From positions 64,001 through 128,000 of the IMG/VR virus record IMGVR_UViG_3300045988_166613: 64,000 bases of DNA; one strand, written 5' to 3'. Shown one piece after another: positions 34,715 through 43,674 of the stretch. This stretch comes from a virus. Below the pieces are notes generated by a model that made no database searches, was not told the origin of the DNA, and was given only the letters and a program-made list of their open reading frames with translations. How positions within the stretch are numbered: position 1 is the stretch's first letter; each line of letters opens with the position of its first letter. The position numbers and the translations under genes were made by a program.

Positions 34715-34939
34715 ATGAAAGTTAAAACAATGCTTGTAATTATTGATATTTGTTTATTTATATTGGGCGTGTTGTGTATCTTTAATAATAATGTTAATGA
34801 CTTAAAACATTTAATAATTTTATTATTAATAAGTAATGCTTATTTTATAAATCGAACCTTTGATAATTATAAAGATAAGAGTATAAATATAGATCTTGTT
34901 GATATTTTAAAAAATATAGAAAATAAATTAAAGAAATAA
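34715..34939 (+). CDS. Small membrane protein (74 aa)
   Basis: Two hydrophobic segments (MLVIIDICLFILGVLCIF; LIILLLISNAYFI). Confidence 0.5.
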   Translation: MKVKTMLVIIDICLFILGVLCIFNNNVNDLKHLIILLLISNAYFINRTFDNYKDKSINIDLVDILKNIENKLKK

Positions 34940-34955
34940 AGGAGAATTAACAATT

Positions 34956-35258
34956 ATGATAGTTAAATTAATAGAAAATCCTTGGGTTAGCGATACGTTT
35001 CCAGAGGGATTAACATTAGGAAATACCTATAAATGTACCGAAATATTTAATTCTAATCCATATGATGAATACTTTAGAATAGTTAATGATAATGGTGAAG
35101 AAGATGCTTGGAATAGTTGTTGCTTTGAAGTAGTAAAAGGAGAAAATAAAGAAAAACATAATGGTATGTTAAAAGAAATGAAAAAGATTGATGAATTTTT
35201 TGAAAAATATAAAGATGAAATTAATGAAATTTATGAAAAAGTTTATAAGGAGAAATAG
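34956..35258 (+). CDS. Hypothetical protein (100 aa)
   Basis: AAGGAG RBS. Confidence 0.55.
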   Translation: MIVKLIENPWVSDTFPEGLTLGNTYKCTEIFNSNPYDEYFRIVNDNGEEDAWNSCCFEVVKGENKEKHNGMLKEMKKIDEFFEKYKDEINEIYEKVYKEK

Positions 35259-35263
35259 CAAAT

Positions 35264-35437
35264 ATGGAGTTTAAAATTTCCAATAGAGATAGAGATAAGT
35301 GTAAAAATTGTAAATGGAGCAGTTATTTACAATGTGTTCATGTAAAATTAAACGGAGTCTGTAGTTTAACTGGAGTAAAGGTTGCAAAAGATTATACCTA
35401 TGGGAGAAGTTTAATGGATTCAGTCGTTCATAAATAA
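35264..35437 (+). CDS. Hypothetical 57-aa Cys-containing protein (below the ORF-track cutoff)
   Basis: MEFKISNRDRDKCKNCKWSSYLQCVHV..; AAGGAG 14 nt upstream. Confidence 0.4.
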   Translation: MEFKISNRDRDKCKNCKWSSYLQCVHVKLNGVCSLTGVKVAKDYTYGRSLMDSVVHK

Positions 35438-35464
35438 TCTTTTAAAATGATAGTTTTATAAAAT

Positions 35465-35516
35465 GTTGAAATAAATTAAAGTTTCAATTGACATTTAGTA
35501 TAATTGGTATTATACT
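35465..35516 (+). promoter_or_regulatory. Class I promoter
   Basis: gttgaaataaattaaagtttcaa-TTGACA(35488)-17 bp-TATACT(35511). Confidence 0.65.
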
Positions 35517-35569
35517 AATAATTGTTAAGAGAAATAAAAAATATATTACATATAGAGGGAGAGAATATT

Positions 35570-35692
35570 ATGATACATAAACCATTTGAAGAAATGAGTA
35601 ATGAAGAGGTTAAACAATACCTTAGAGGAAAAGCTGAGCGTAAGGTTAAAAGAAAAATGATGAATAAATTTGCACTCAGAAAGTTTAAATAA
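35570..35692 (+). CDS. Hypothetical 40-aa basic peptide
   Basis: GAGGGAGAG RBS; MIHKPFEEMSNEEVKQYLRGKAERKVKRKMMNKFALRKFK; stop lies inside the next AT-rich box. Confidence 0.4.
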   Translation: MIHKPFEEMSNEEVKQYLRGKAERKVKRKMMNKFALRKFK

Positions 35693-35706
35693 ATTAAATA
35701 ATTAAT
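35683..35706 (+). promoter_or_regulatory. AT-rich box, class II
   Basis: gtttaaataaattaaataattaat. Confidence 0.5.
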
Positions 35707-35728
35707 ACATATAAGGAGATGTTTTATT

Positions 35729-36040
35729 ATGAGAACTAATTTATTAAAAATAGACAAAGGAATAATTCACAAGTACAGAACATATGTAAAAGGAAACGAA
35801 ACCAAAAGCATATTGGAAATTAGAAAGCTTTTGACTAGAAATTTTATCCTAGGGGAAGAGATATGGACAGATAATGTAGAAAATGTACAAGCAAGAATGT
35901 TTGGTAATTTAAAAATAATAGTTGATATGGAAGATTACCAGGTAAAGAATATTTATAATAATTTAGATAAAAGAAGAAATATTTACATAAATCAATTAGA
36001 GAAAGAAAATTTAAATAAAGTTTTAGAAATAGCTGCATAA
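35729..36040 (+). CDS. Hypothetical protein (103 aa)
   Basis: AAGGAG RBS. Confidence 0.55.
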   Translation: MRTNLLKIDKGIIHKYRTYVKGNETKSILEIRKLLTRNFILGEEIWTDNVENVQARMFGNLKIIVDMEDYQVKNIYNNLDKRRNIYINQLEKENLNKVLEIAA

Positions 36041-36054
36041 AGGGAGTGTTACAT

Positions 36055-36567
36055 ATGAAAAAAGAATTATTTCTTGTTATCGGAGAGTCTGGATGTGGAA
36101 AAGACTATTCTATTGATAGACTTTGTAAAGAGTTTAAGAAGGGAAAAGTGGTTTCAAGAACCACTAGAGCAAGAAGACCTAATGAAAAAGGTACGCATCT
36201 ATTCGTTGATAGTGAACAAGCAGATAAAGAATTTGATAAAGCAATAGCAAAAACAATAATTAATAATAATAGATATTATGTATTAGAAGAAGATTTAATC
36301 GATAAAACATTTTATGTGATTGATTTTAAGGGTGTACATAATATGAAGGATAAAGATAAATACAATACTATAACAGTTTATATAGATGTAAATCCTTTTA
36401 AAAGAGCTTATAGAATGTTTAAAAGGAGAGATAAAATAAAAGATATTATATATAGATTAAAACATGATGGAAAAGAGTTAAGAGGATTTAAAGCTGATTT
36501 AACATTTAAGAATAATAATGAGTTTTATGATTATTTTAAGGAGAAGTTTGAAAGTGAAAGAGTATAA
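36055..36567 (+). CDS. Guanylate-kinase-like nucleoside monophosphate kinase
   Basis: P-loop GESGCGKD and SRTTRARRPNEKGTHLFV resembling the Gmk TTR..R.gE..G..Y.F signature. Confidence 0.55.
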   Translation: MKKELFLVIGESGCGKDYSIDRLCKEFKKGKVVSRTTRARRPNEKGTHLFVDSEQADKEFDKAIAKTIINNNRYYVLEEDLIDKTFYVIDFKGVHNMKDKDKYNTITVYIDVNPFKRAYRMFKRRDKIKDIIYRLKHDGKELRGFKADLTFKNNNEFYDYFKEKFESERV

Positions 36568-36754
36568 AATATTAGAAGTTGTAGCAGAACTAATAACAAA
36601 TCCAAAAGTAGAGTTTAAAAGAGTAAATGATGAAGATTTTATAGTTTTCAGAGGAGATAGAGGGGCATTAATGTATAAAATAAAAGGTAGTAAATTTGCT
36701 AATCAAATGCAACTTTTTAATTATACACAAGATTTATTTACTAAATGCGAATAA
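36554..36754 (+). CDS. Hypothetical protein (66 aa, GTG start)
   Basis: AAGGAG 8 nt before GTG 36554; overlaps the previous stop. Confidence 0.45.
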   Translation: MKEYKILEVVAELITNPKVEFKRVNDEDFIVFRGDRGALMYKIKGSKFANQMQLFNYTQDLFTKCE

Positions 36755-36802
36755 TTACGACAAAATATTTTTAATATATATGTATTTTGGTTTAAATTAC
36801 CA

Positions 36803-36861
36803 TATTTTTTTCTGAAAAATAATGATATAATAAAAAGAATATTAAAATGAATTTAATTCAT
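36803..36861 (+). promoter_or_regulatory. Extended -10 promoter plus 15-bp palindromic operator candidate upstream of the XRE gene
   Basis: TGATATAAT (36823-36831). Perfect palindrome ATGAATT-T-AATTCAT at 36847-36861. Confidence 0.5.
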
Positions 36862-36880
36862 ATAGGAGATGAATTTTATT

Positions 36881-37177
36881 ATGGGTAATTGTAAAATCAG
36901 TTTTAAAAATATAAAGATGTATAGAAAAATGAAACATTATTCCCAATCAAGATTGGCTGAAGAAATTGGGACTAGCATTACCAAAATATCAAGGTTGGAA
37001 AATGATAAAGAAAAATTTCCTAGACTTGATGTCGTAGAGAAAATAGGTGATGTTTTAGAAGTATGTCCTTTTGATTTAATGACTTGTCATTGTGTGCATA
37101 AGAAGAAAAATGGTTGTATGCATTGTGGTAAGAAATGCGAAAGAGTTAAAGAAATTGATAAAAGAAAGGAAGAGTGA
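36881..37177 (+). CDS. XRE/Cro-CI-type HTH regulator with Cys/His-rich C-terminal tail
   Basis: YSQSRLAEEIGTSITKISRLENDKE..P.LDVVEKIGDVLEV then CHCVHKKKNGCMHCGKKC. Confidence 0.7.
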   Translation: MGNCKISFKNIKMYRKMKHYSQSRLAEEIGTSITKISRLENDKEKFPRLDVVEKIGDVLEVCPFDLMTCHCVHKKKNGCMHCGKKCERVKEIDKRKEE

Positions 37178-37178
37178 G

Positions 37179-39149
37179 ATGGAAAGTTATAGAAGTGAAT
37201 CTAAGATAAAAGAAATGAAAAGTTTAATATCTGAATTGAATACTGCTAGTGATATGTATTATAATACTTCAAATACTATTATGAGTGATAAAGAATGGGA
37301 TATTAAACTTGATAGATTAAAAGAATTAGAAAAAGAAACTGGAATAGTTTTAAATAACTCGCCTTCTGTTAATGTTGGATATGAAGTTAAAAGTAAACTA
37401 GAAAAAGTTAAGCATGAATATGTTTTAAGATCATTAGGTAAAACTCAAGATATAGATGAATTAAATAGCTTTATTGGTAATAAAAAAGCCGTAGGAATGC
37501 TTAAATTAGATGGTTTAACAACAGATATTATATACGAAGATGGTAAATTAATAAAAGGAAGTACAAGAGGAAATGGAGAAATAGGGGAAAATATCACACA
37601 CAATGTAAAAACTTATGTTAATGTTCCTCAAGAGATTAGATATAAAGGAAAAGTACATATAGTAGGAGAATCAATAGCAACGTATGATGTATTTAATGAA
37701 GTTAATTCTAAAATATTAAAGAAAGAAGATAGATTTAAGAATGCAAGAGGTTTAGCTATAGGAAGTGTAAGACAATTAGATAACAGTGTATGTAAAGAAA
37801 GAAAAATTCTATTCTTAGCTTATAATGTTTTTGGTAAAGATTTTATAAGTAAAGAAGGAGAATTAAAGTGGTTATCAGAACAAGGATTTGAAGTAGTCGA
37901 TCATAGGATAGTAAATAATCTTAATGAAGATATTGAAGAATTAAAAAATATAGCTGCTAACAAGCAAATCCCAATAGACGGATTAGTTTTCACTTATGAT
38001 GATAAACTATACGGGGAGTCATTAGGTAATACAGCTCATCACCCTAATCATTCAATGGCATTCAAGTTTTATGACGAAGAAGAAGAAACAGTATTAAGAG
38101 AAGTTCAATGGCAAGTAGGAAGAACAGGGGTAATAACTCCAGTTGCGATATTTGAACCTGTAGAATTAGATGGTACGGAAGTAACTAAAGCAACTTTACA
38201 TAATGTTAGTACAATGAAGAAATTTAAACTAGGTTTAGGAGACAAAATCACAGTTTATAAAGCAAATCAAATAATACCTCAAATCAGAGAAAATCTAACT
38301 CAATCAGACACATTAGAAATACCTAGTAAATGTCCAGTATGTGGTCATAATACCAATATAAAAATAAGTGATAATGCTGAGTTCTTAATGTGTGAAAATC
38401 CTAATTGTAAAGCTCAATTAGTTCAAAAAATTAAGCATTATTGTAGTAGAAATGCTATGAATATTGAAGGTTTAAGTGAAAAGACAATAGAAAAATTTAT
38501 TGAAAAAGGATATCTAAGTAGTATCGGAGATATTTATAAATTACAAGATAAAACAGAAATTAAAAGATTAGAAGGTTTTGGTATTAAATCATTTAATAAT
38601 CTAGTTAAAAATATAGAAAAATCTAAGAAATGTAAATTAGAAAATTTTATATATGCTTTAGGTATTCCAAACGTAGGTAAAACAACAGCAAAAACATTTA
38701 TAGAATTTATAAAAGGAGGTAATCCATATATTAAGCTATGTAATATTGAATTTTTAACGGTAGATGATTTGTTGAAAATGAAGGATTGTGGAGAAATAGT
38801 TGCTAATAGTATAATAGACTGGTTTCACAATAAAGATAATATAAATCTAGTTAGTAGTTTTATAGATGAAATAGATTTTATAATAGAAGAAAAAGTAGAA
38901 GTTATAGCTAAAGAAAATCCATTAAAAGGTATGAAAGTTTATCCAACAGGAAAATTTACATTAAAGAAAAGTGAGTTAAAAACTAAATTAGAAGAATTAG
39001 GAGCTATAGTTGAAAGTGGATATAAAAAATCACTAGATTATTTAATATTAGCTAATGATTCTAGTAAAAGTAGTAAAAAAGATAAAGCTATTAAAGATGG
39101 TGTTAAATTATTTACCGAAGAAGAGTTAATGAAACTATTGGAGGAATAA
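37179..39149 (+). CDS. ligA: NAD-dependent DNA ligase (LigA)
   Basis: Adenylation motif MLKLDGLT, four-Cys Zn finger CPVCGH..CENPNC, HhH region, BRCT-like end. Start ATG 37179 is 1 nt after the XRE stop (track start 37092 is an upstream extension). Confidence 0.9.
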   Translation: MESYRSESKIKEMKSLISELNTASDMYYNTSNTIMSDKEWDIKLDRLKELEKETGIVLNNSPSVNVGYEVKSKLEKVKHEYVLRSLGKTQDIDELNSFIGNKKAVGMLKLDGLTTDIIYEDGKLIKGSTRGNGEIGENITHNVKTYVNVPQEIRYKGKVHIVGESIATYDVFNEVNSKILKKEDRFKNARGLAIGSVRQLDNSVCKERKILFLAYNVFGKDFISKEGELKWLSEQGFEVVDHRIVNNLNEDIEELKNIAANKQIPIDGLVFTYDDKLYGESLGNTAHHPNHSMAFKFYDEEEETVLREVQWQVGRTGVITPVAIFEPVELDGTEVTKATLHNVSTMKKFKLGLGDKITVYKANQIIPQIRENLTQSDTLEIPSKCPVCGHNTNIKISDNAEFLMCENPNCKAQLVQKIKHYCSRNAMNIEGLSEKTIEKFIEKGYLSSIGDIYKLQDKTEIKRLEGFGIKSFNNLVKNIEKSKKCKLENFIYALGIPNVGKTTAKTFIEFIKGGNPYIKLCNIEFLTVDDLLKMKDCGEIVANSIIDWFHNKDNINLVSSFIDEIDFIIEEKVEVIAKENPLKGMKVYPTGKFTLKKSELKTKLEELGAIVESGYKKSLDYLILANDSSKSSKKDKAIKDGVKLFTEEELMKLLEE

Positions 39150-39151
39150 TT

Positions 39152-39373
39152 ATGAATAATGATAAAATATATGATAGTTTAACTAAAATAAAAGATGAAA
39201 TAAAGGATTTTAAAAAATACAATATTAACAATTATCATCATGAAAGATATTTTACTCAATCTGAGGGATTACAAATTTGTGATTTTATGGTTGATATAAT
39301 TGAAAATATTCATGAATTAATTGATAATATTGAAGATAATACAAAGGAAAATGATAGTGGTTTGTTTGATTAA
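39152..39373 (+). CDS. Hypothetical protein (73 aa)
   Basis: TGGAGGAA RBS. Confidence 0.5.
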   Translation: MNNDKIYDSLTKIKDEIKDFKKYNINNYHHERYFTQSEGLQICDFMVDIIENIHELIDNIEDNTKENDSGLFD

Positions 39374-39392
39374 AAAGTTAGTTTTAATTAAT

Positions 39393-39416
39393 ATTAAAAT
39401 AAATTAAATAATTAAT
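39393..39416 (+). promoter_or_regulatory. AT-rich box, class II
   Basis: attaaaataaattaaataattaat. Confidence 0.5.
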
Positions 39417-39432
39417 AAAGGAGTAGATATAA

Positions 39433-39615
39433 ATGGAATTAGATATCGATACATGGATAAAAATGTTAACATCAATAATTGAATTAGGTAGAAAGAATGG
39501 TTTTGAAATATATAATCAAAGCTATAGTGATGATTTTCATGTTTTTAACGAAATTTGTAAATCTGATAAGTATTATAACACAGTATTTTTTAGTTATGAT
39601 AAAAGAAATGATTAA
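39433..39615 (+). CDS. Hypothetical protein (60 aa)
   Basis: AAGGAG RBS. Confidence 0.5.
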   Translation: MELDIDTWIKMLTSIIELGRKNGFEIYNQSYSDDFHVFNEICKSDKYYNTVFFSYDKRND

Positions 39616-39650
39616 AAATAGAATATTAATTGGTAGAAAGGTTGTTTTAT

Positions 39651-40100
39651 ATGAAGATTTGGCAAATATTAAAGAAAGAAAACATAGGAAAGATATATGA
39701 AAGTGATTCTAAACCATCTATAAAAATAGTCATAAGAGAAGGAGAATTTGATAATAAAAAAGAAATAACGGCTATGACTATGACAGAATATGGAGAACAA
39801 CAAACTTATTTTTCTATAAATACTTCAAGTTTAAATATAGAATTTAATGAATGTAACAAAAGAAGAAAGAATAACGAAATTCCCGTTTTACAACTTAGAA
39901 GAAGAAAATCAAGAGAAAATAAAGAGTTTGTTATTACATATATAATTGATTATGGATTTAGAGGTTGTTATGAATCAAAAATTAATACACAAATAGAAAA
40001 ATATACACATGAAGAAGATGCTTATGATAGATATTATTTATTAAGAAGACAGCCATATGTTCGTAATATTAAAATAGAAGAAAGAGAAGGTGTATTATAA
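39651..40100 (+). CDS. Hypothetical protein (149 aa)
   Basis: GAAAGG then ATG 39651. Confidence 0.5.
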   Translation: MKIWQILKKENIGKIYESDSKPSIKIVIREGEFDNKKEITAMTMTEYGEQQTYFSINTSSLNIEFNECNKRRKNNEIPVLQLRRRKSRENKEFVITYIIDYGFRGCYESKINTQIEKYTHEEDAYDRYYLLRRQPYVRNIKIEEREGVL

Positions 40101-40103
40101 AGT

Positions 40104-40481
40104 ATGAAAAAAGATTTTTTAGTTTTTGGAGTAAAAAGTTTCACTGATATGTTTGGTGGTGCAAAAGGATATATAGGACAATTTAATAATATAGACGAGT
40201 TAATAGAATTAATAGAAAAGAAAAAAGAATGGATTTTTGAAGAAAGGATAGAAGGATTTAACTTTATAGATTTAAAAGCTGATGAAATTATTACTGATAA
40301 TAATGAATATGAGGAATGGAATTTATTTTCAGAGCTTATAAGTTGGGAATATAAGGATTATACTTTTGACAAAGATGTATTAACAGAATTAGATGATATT
40401 TTAAAAAGAAGACAATCTCCGTGGTATTATTTTGTAAAAGATGTTGTAGAAAGAGAGGAACATAAAGATGAATACAGATAA
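40104..40481 (+). CDS. Hypothetical protein (125 aa)
   Basis: GAAGGTG RBS-like. Confidence 0.55.
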   Translation: MKKDFLVFGVKSFTDMFGGAKGYIGQFNNIDELIELIEKKKEWIFEERIEGFNFIDLKADEIITDNNEYEEWNLFSELISWEYKDYTFDKDVLTELDDILKRRQSPWYYFVKDVVEREEHKDEYR

Positions 40482-41007
40482 AACATTAACTAAAAAGTTT
40501 TGTGAAAAAATAGATGACAGAGATTTATCATATAGTTTCACAACTAAAAAATTAGAGGAAGTAACTATAGATTATGTTATCAATAGATTGTTGCTAGATA
40601 GTTTCATGGTAGAGATAGATGGTGATAGATATGATATTACATATGGTAAAAATAAAAAAGGAGAAATAGGATTCTCTCAAAGATATTATCCTAATGTTGT
40701 ATCAAGATGTTCATTTGAAGTGACAAGAGATGCATTTGCTAAAGGTAAATGGTTTATAGTTACCGATGAAGATTTAACCCAAGAAGAACAAAAAGAAAAA
40801 TTAGAAGAATTAGAGAAGATGAAAGATAGAGAAGAATTATCAACTAGAAGGGATTGGATAGAAAGAATATTGGATCTTTTATTAAAAACAGATAAACAAA
40901 AAGCAAATAGGAAATCTTATGAAGAAGAACTCATGAATATGAGCAGGGAAGAATTTATGGATTTTTTAGGAGATTTATTTGGAGGGGAAAGAAAAAATGA
41001 AGGTTAA
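40468..41007 (+). CDS. Hypothetical protein (179 aa)
   Basis: AGAGAGGAA RBS. Confidence 0.55.
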   Translation: MNTDKTLTKKFCEKIDDRDLSYSFTTKKLEEVTIDYVINRLLLDSFMVEIDGDRYDITYGKNKKGEIGFSQRYYPNVVSRCSFEVTRDAFAKGKWFIVTDEDLTQEEQKEKLEELEKMKDREELSTRRDWIERILDLLLKTDKQKANRKSYEEELMNMSREEFMDFLGDLFGGERKNEG

Positions 41008-41143
41008 AGAATTGATTAAAGAGTTGCAGCAGCTAGATTAAGATAAAGAAATTAATATATATGATTATTCTTATGGAGAATCAAATCCAATTGGTTCAAC
41101 TTATAAAAGCAAAGAAGAATATATTATATATGCGACTGTATAA
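40997..41143 (+). pseudogene. Small gene interrupted by one in-frame TAA (41039-41041)
   Basis: GGAGGGGA RBS. MKVKELIKELQQLD-stop-DKEINIYDYSYGESNPIGSTYKSKEEYIIYATV, both halves in the same frame. Confidence 0.5.
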
Positions 41144-41176
41144 AAGATTAATTTTAAAGAAAGCGAGGATTTATAA

Positions 41177-41692
41177 TTGAATATTGAGAAAATCAAAAGA
41201 AATAGACAAAGAAAAGATAAGTTAAAAAGACAATGGTATAAATTAATGTCGCCAATAGCTAATTATTTGGATGTAAGAGATCATGAAAAATGTAAAAATA
41301 ATCAGAAATCCGCAGAGGAGTTGACAGATAAAGAAGTGATTAATTTAGTTGTCAAAGGTGTTATCAAAAAAATAAAGAAAACTGGAAAATTAGACGAGAA
41401 AATAACAGTATGTCAAAAATTTATAGATTATGAATATAAATATCAAGGAATTTATGGATTTATCAATTCTATGAACACTTATTGGATAAAAAACAAAGTA
41501 TTGAATTATTGGTGTTGGAATAATGATAGAAATGAGAATATGGAAGATATATTAAAATTAACATCGCTTTTAAAAGAAGCATTGAAAAATAAAATAACAG
41601 GAATACAAATAGAAGAGTACGTAGATGAATATAGTTCTAAGTGTTATTGGAGATATGAAAATTATCAAAAAACTATAAAAATAAGTATATAA
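41177..41692 (+). CDS. Hypothetical protein (171 aa, TTG start)
   Basis: GCGAGGA RBS-like. Confidence 0.5.
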   Translation: MNIEKIKRNRQRKDKLKRQWYKLMSPIANYLDVRDHEKCKNNQKSAEELTDKEVINLVVKGVIKKIKKTGKLDEKITVCQKFIDYEYKYQGIYGFINSMNTYWIKNKVLNYWCWNNDRNENMEDILKLTSLLKEALKNKITGIQIEEYVDEYSSKCYWRYENYQKTIKISI

Positions 41693-41707
41693 GGAGGATG
41701 ATATAAA

Positions 41708-41905
41708 ATGTTGCTTAGAGAAATACAAAGTATAATATTAACATTTGATGATGGAAAAGAAGCACTAAAGAAATATCAAGAAATATTAGAGGACTATACA
41801 GTTATCGAACATAAAATGTATAAGGATTATTCAGAAATATTTGAAAAATGGGTTTATAAAATATATTATGAAAAAGATACTTTGAAATTAAACAAAAACT
41901 ATTAA
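41708..41905 (+). CDS. Hypothetical protein (65 aa)
   Basis: AAGGAGGA RBS. Confidence 0.55.
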   Translation: MLLREIQSIILTFDDGKEALKKYQEILEDYTVIEHKMYKDYSEIFEKWVYKIYYEKDTLKLNKNY

Positions 41906-41924
41906 ATGCAAAGGAGAATTAATA

Positions 41925-42095
41925 ATGGATGAAATAGAATTTATAGAACAATTTTTAGGTATGAAGTTAAAATTCTATCAAAAAATACTTTTAAAAAAGT
42001 ATAACTTTGATATAAAAATACCAAGACATAATAATGAAAAGGCGATTAGGTTGTTAATAGATAAAATATTGAACGGAGAGAATAATAATGAATAA
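41925..42095 (+). CDS. Hypothetical 56-aa protein (below the ORF-track cutoff)
   Basis: AAGGAG RBS; MDEIEFIEQFLGMKLKFYQKILLKKYNF..; stop overlaps the next start. Confidence 0.5.
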   Translation: MDEIEFIEQFLGMKLKFYQKILLKKYNFDIKIPRHNNEKAIRLLIDKILNGENNNE

Positions 42096-42366
42096 GAATA
42101 AAATATTAGATTGGCATAGATGGTATGAAGATGATAATTATGTAATAATTGAAAATTTATATGAAGAAAATGGTATTATTAAATCTGAATTTATGTTAGG
42201 TATATATAAAGGGGATAAATGCACTTCAAAATATAAATATAAATTTAATACCGAATCCATAGGAAGATCAACCTTTATAAAATTAAAAAATATAAAGTCA
42301 GATTATGAAATACAAAAATATATATATTATTTAATTAAGAAAACTGAATGTTTAACAAAAATATAA
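42088..42366 (+). CDS. Hypothetical protein (92 aa)
   Basis: ACGGAGAG RBS. Confidence 0.55.
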   Translation: MNKNKILDWHRWYEDDNYVIIENLYEENGIIKSEFMLGIYKGDKCTSKYKYKFNTESIGRSTFIKLKNIKSDYEIQKYIYYLIKKTECLTKI

Positions 42367-42437
42367 ATTTCAAATATTTATATTTTAGAAGTAAATAAAA
42401 TCATACTTTTAAAGAAATGAGAGGAGGAGATGTTTTG

Positions 42438-42683
42438 ATGGAAATAACAAAAAATGATTTTGCTTATTTAAAAGAAAAAATAGAATTTGGGGATTTAAGA
42501 ATTAAAGATTATGGGGAAATAAAATATAACTATTGTCCTAAATATTGGGGATTAAAAGATTACTCAACTAATCCTAATAGAAGTTGTAATCAAGACATAG
42601 AAGACTGTTTCTTGTGTTGGGAAGAAAAATTAACAAAAAAGGAATTAAGAAAATATAATAAATTAAAGTTAGAGGTGAAATAA
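42438..42683 (+). CDS. Hypothetical protein (81 aa)
   Basis: GGAGGAGA RBS 7 nt before ATG 42438. Confidence 0.55.
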   Translation: MEITKNDFAYLKEKIEFGDLRIKDYGEIKYNYCPKYWGLKDYSTNPNRSCNQDIEDCFLCWEEKLTKKELRKYNKLKLEVK

Positions 42684-43366
42684 TGTTAATACATAATAAT
42701 TCAATTGAATATTTAAAAGAGATGAAGGAGTGTAGCGTTGATTTAATAGTTACAGATCCTCCATACAAAACTATAACTGGAGGAAATAGTGATGGAGCTA
42801 ACTCTAAAAGACCTCAAGGTATGTTAGATGGGAATAGAAAATTATTCAAACATCAAAAATTAAAAATATCAGATTGGATGGGTGACATATATAGAGTTTT
42901 AAAAGAAGGTTCTCATTGTTATATAATGACAAATAGTTTAAATATGGAGGAAATGTTAACTGAAAGTAGGAAAGCAGGTTTTAAACTTCACAATATTCTA
43001 GTGTGGGAGAAAAATAATTGCACACCATCTCAATTTTATATGAAGAATTGTGAATATACTTTATTCCTAAGAAAAGGGAAAGCTAAATGGATAAATGATA
43101 TAGGTGGAAGCAAAACAGTACATAAATACAATAATATAATAGGAAAGAAAACACATCCATGTGAAAAGCCAGTAGAATTAATGGAGTTTTATATCAAAAA
43201 TTCATCGAATGAAGGAGATGTTGTACTAGATCCATTTATGGGAACTGGTAGTGTTGGAGTAGCTTGTTTAAATACCAATAGGAAGTTTATAGGAATAGAA
43301 TTAGATGATAAATATTTTGATATAGCGAAAGAAAGAATAGAAATGATAAATAAGGAAGCATGTTAA
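42683..43366 (+). CDS. Beta-class DNA methyltransferase (N6-adenine or N4-cytosine)
   Basis: Motif IV TDPPY near the N-terminus and motif I DPFMGTGS near the C-terminus (IV-before-I order). Confidence 0.85.
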   Translation: MLIHNNSIEYLKEMKECSVDLIVTDPPYKTITGGNSDGANSKRPQGMLDGNRKLFKHQKLKISDWMGDIYRVLKEGSHCYIMTNSLNMEEMLTESRKAGFKLHNILVWEKNNCTPSQFYMKNCEYTLFLRKGKAKWINDIGGSKTVHKYNNIIGKKTHPCEKPVELMEFYIKNSSNEGDVVLDPFMGTGSVGVACLNTNRKFIGIELDDKYFDIAKERIEMINKEAC

Positions 43367-43367
43367 A

Positions 43368-43574
43368 ATGGTAGAAATAACTTATGATTTGAACGGATCA
43401 AATATTAAATACATATTTTATGATGATAGAGGTAAAGAAGAATACTATATAGATAATAATTTAGTAGAGGTAAGTTATCTTAATGAAAGCATAGATGAAT
43501 ACATTAGAGAAATGAAAGAAGGTTTAGAGATATTAAAATTAGTAAATAATATAACAAATGTTGAAATAAATTAA
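43368..43574 (+). CDS. Hypothetical protein (68 aa); stop lies inside the next AT-rich box
   Basis: AAGGAAG upstream. Confidence 0.5.
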   Translation: MVEITYDLNGSNIKYIFYDDRGKEEYYIDNNLVEVSYLNESIDEYIREMKEGLEILKLVNNITNVEIN

Positions 43575-43610
43575 ATAATTGATTGACATTTGTTATAATG
43601 AGAGTATAAT
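43560..43610 (+). promoter_or_regulatory. Class I promoter
   Basis: gttgaaataaattaaataattga-TTGACA(43583)-16 bp-TATAAT(43605). Confidence 0.7.
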
Positions 43611-43640
43611 AGTAGATGTTAAGAGAATTTTAACACATAT

Positions 43641-43662
43641 TTAAAAATAAATCAAAGAATAG
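43641..43662 (+). promoter_or_regulatory. AT-rich box, class II variant, in the 5' UTR of the preceding promoter
   Basis: ttaaaaataaatcaaagaatag. Confidence 0.45.
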
Positions 43663-43674
43663 AGAGGAATATAT

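Noticed and set aside
37092-37178. Upstream extension of the ligase ORF (track start 37092)
   Set aside because: The extension overlaps the XRE gene in another frame and adds a non-LigA-like Cys-rich peptide. ATG 37179, right after the XRE stop, gives a normal ~656-aa LigA.
39497-39700. ORF 39497..39700 (+), overlapping 39433..39615 and 39651..40100
   Set aside because: It bridges two better-supported ORFs in another frame, and no RBS precedes its ATG.
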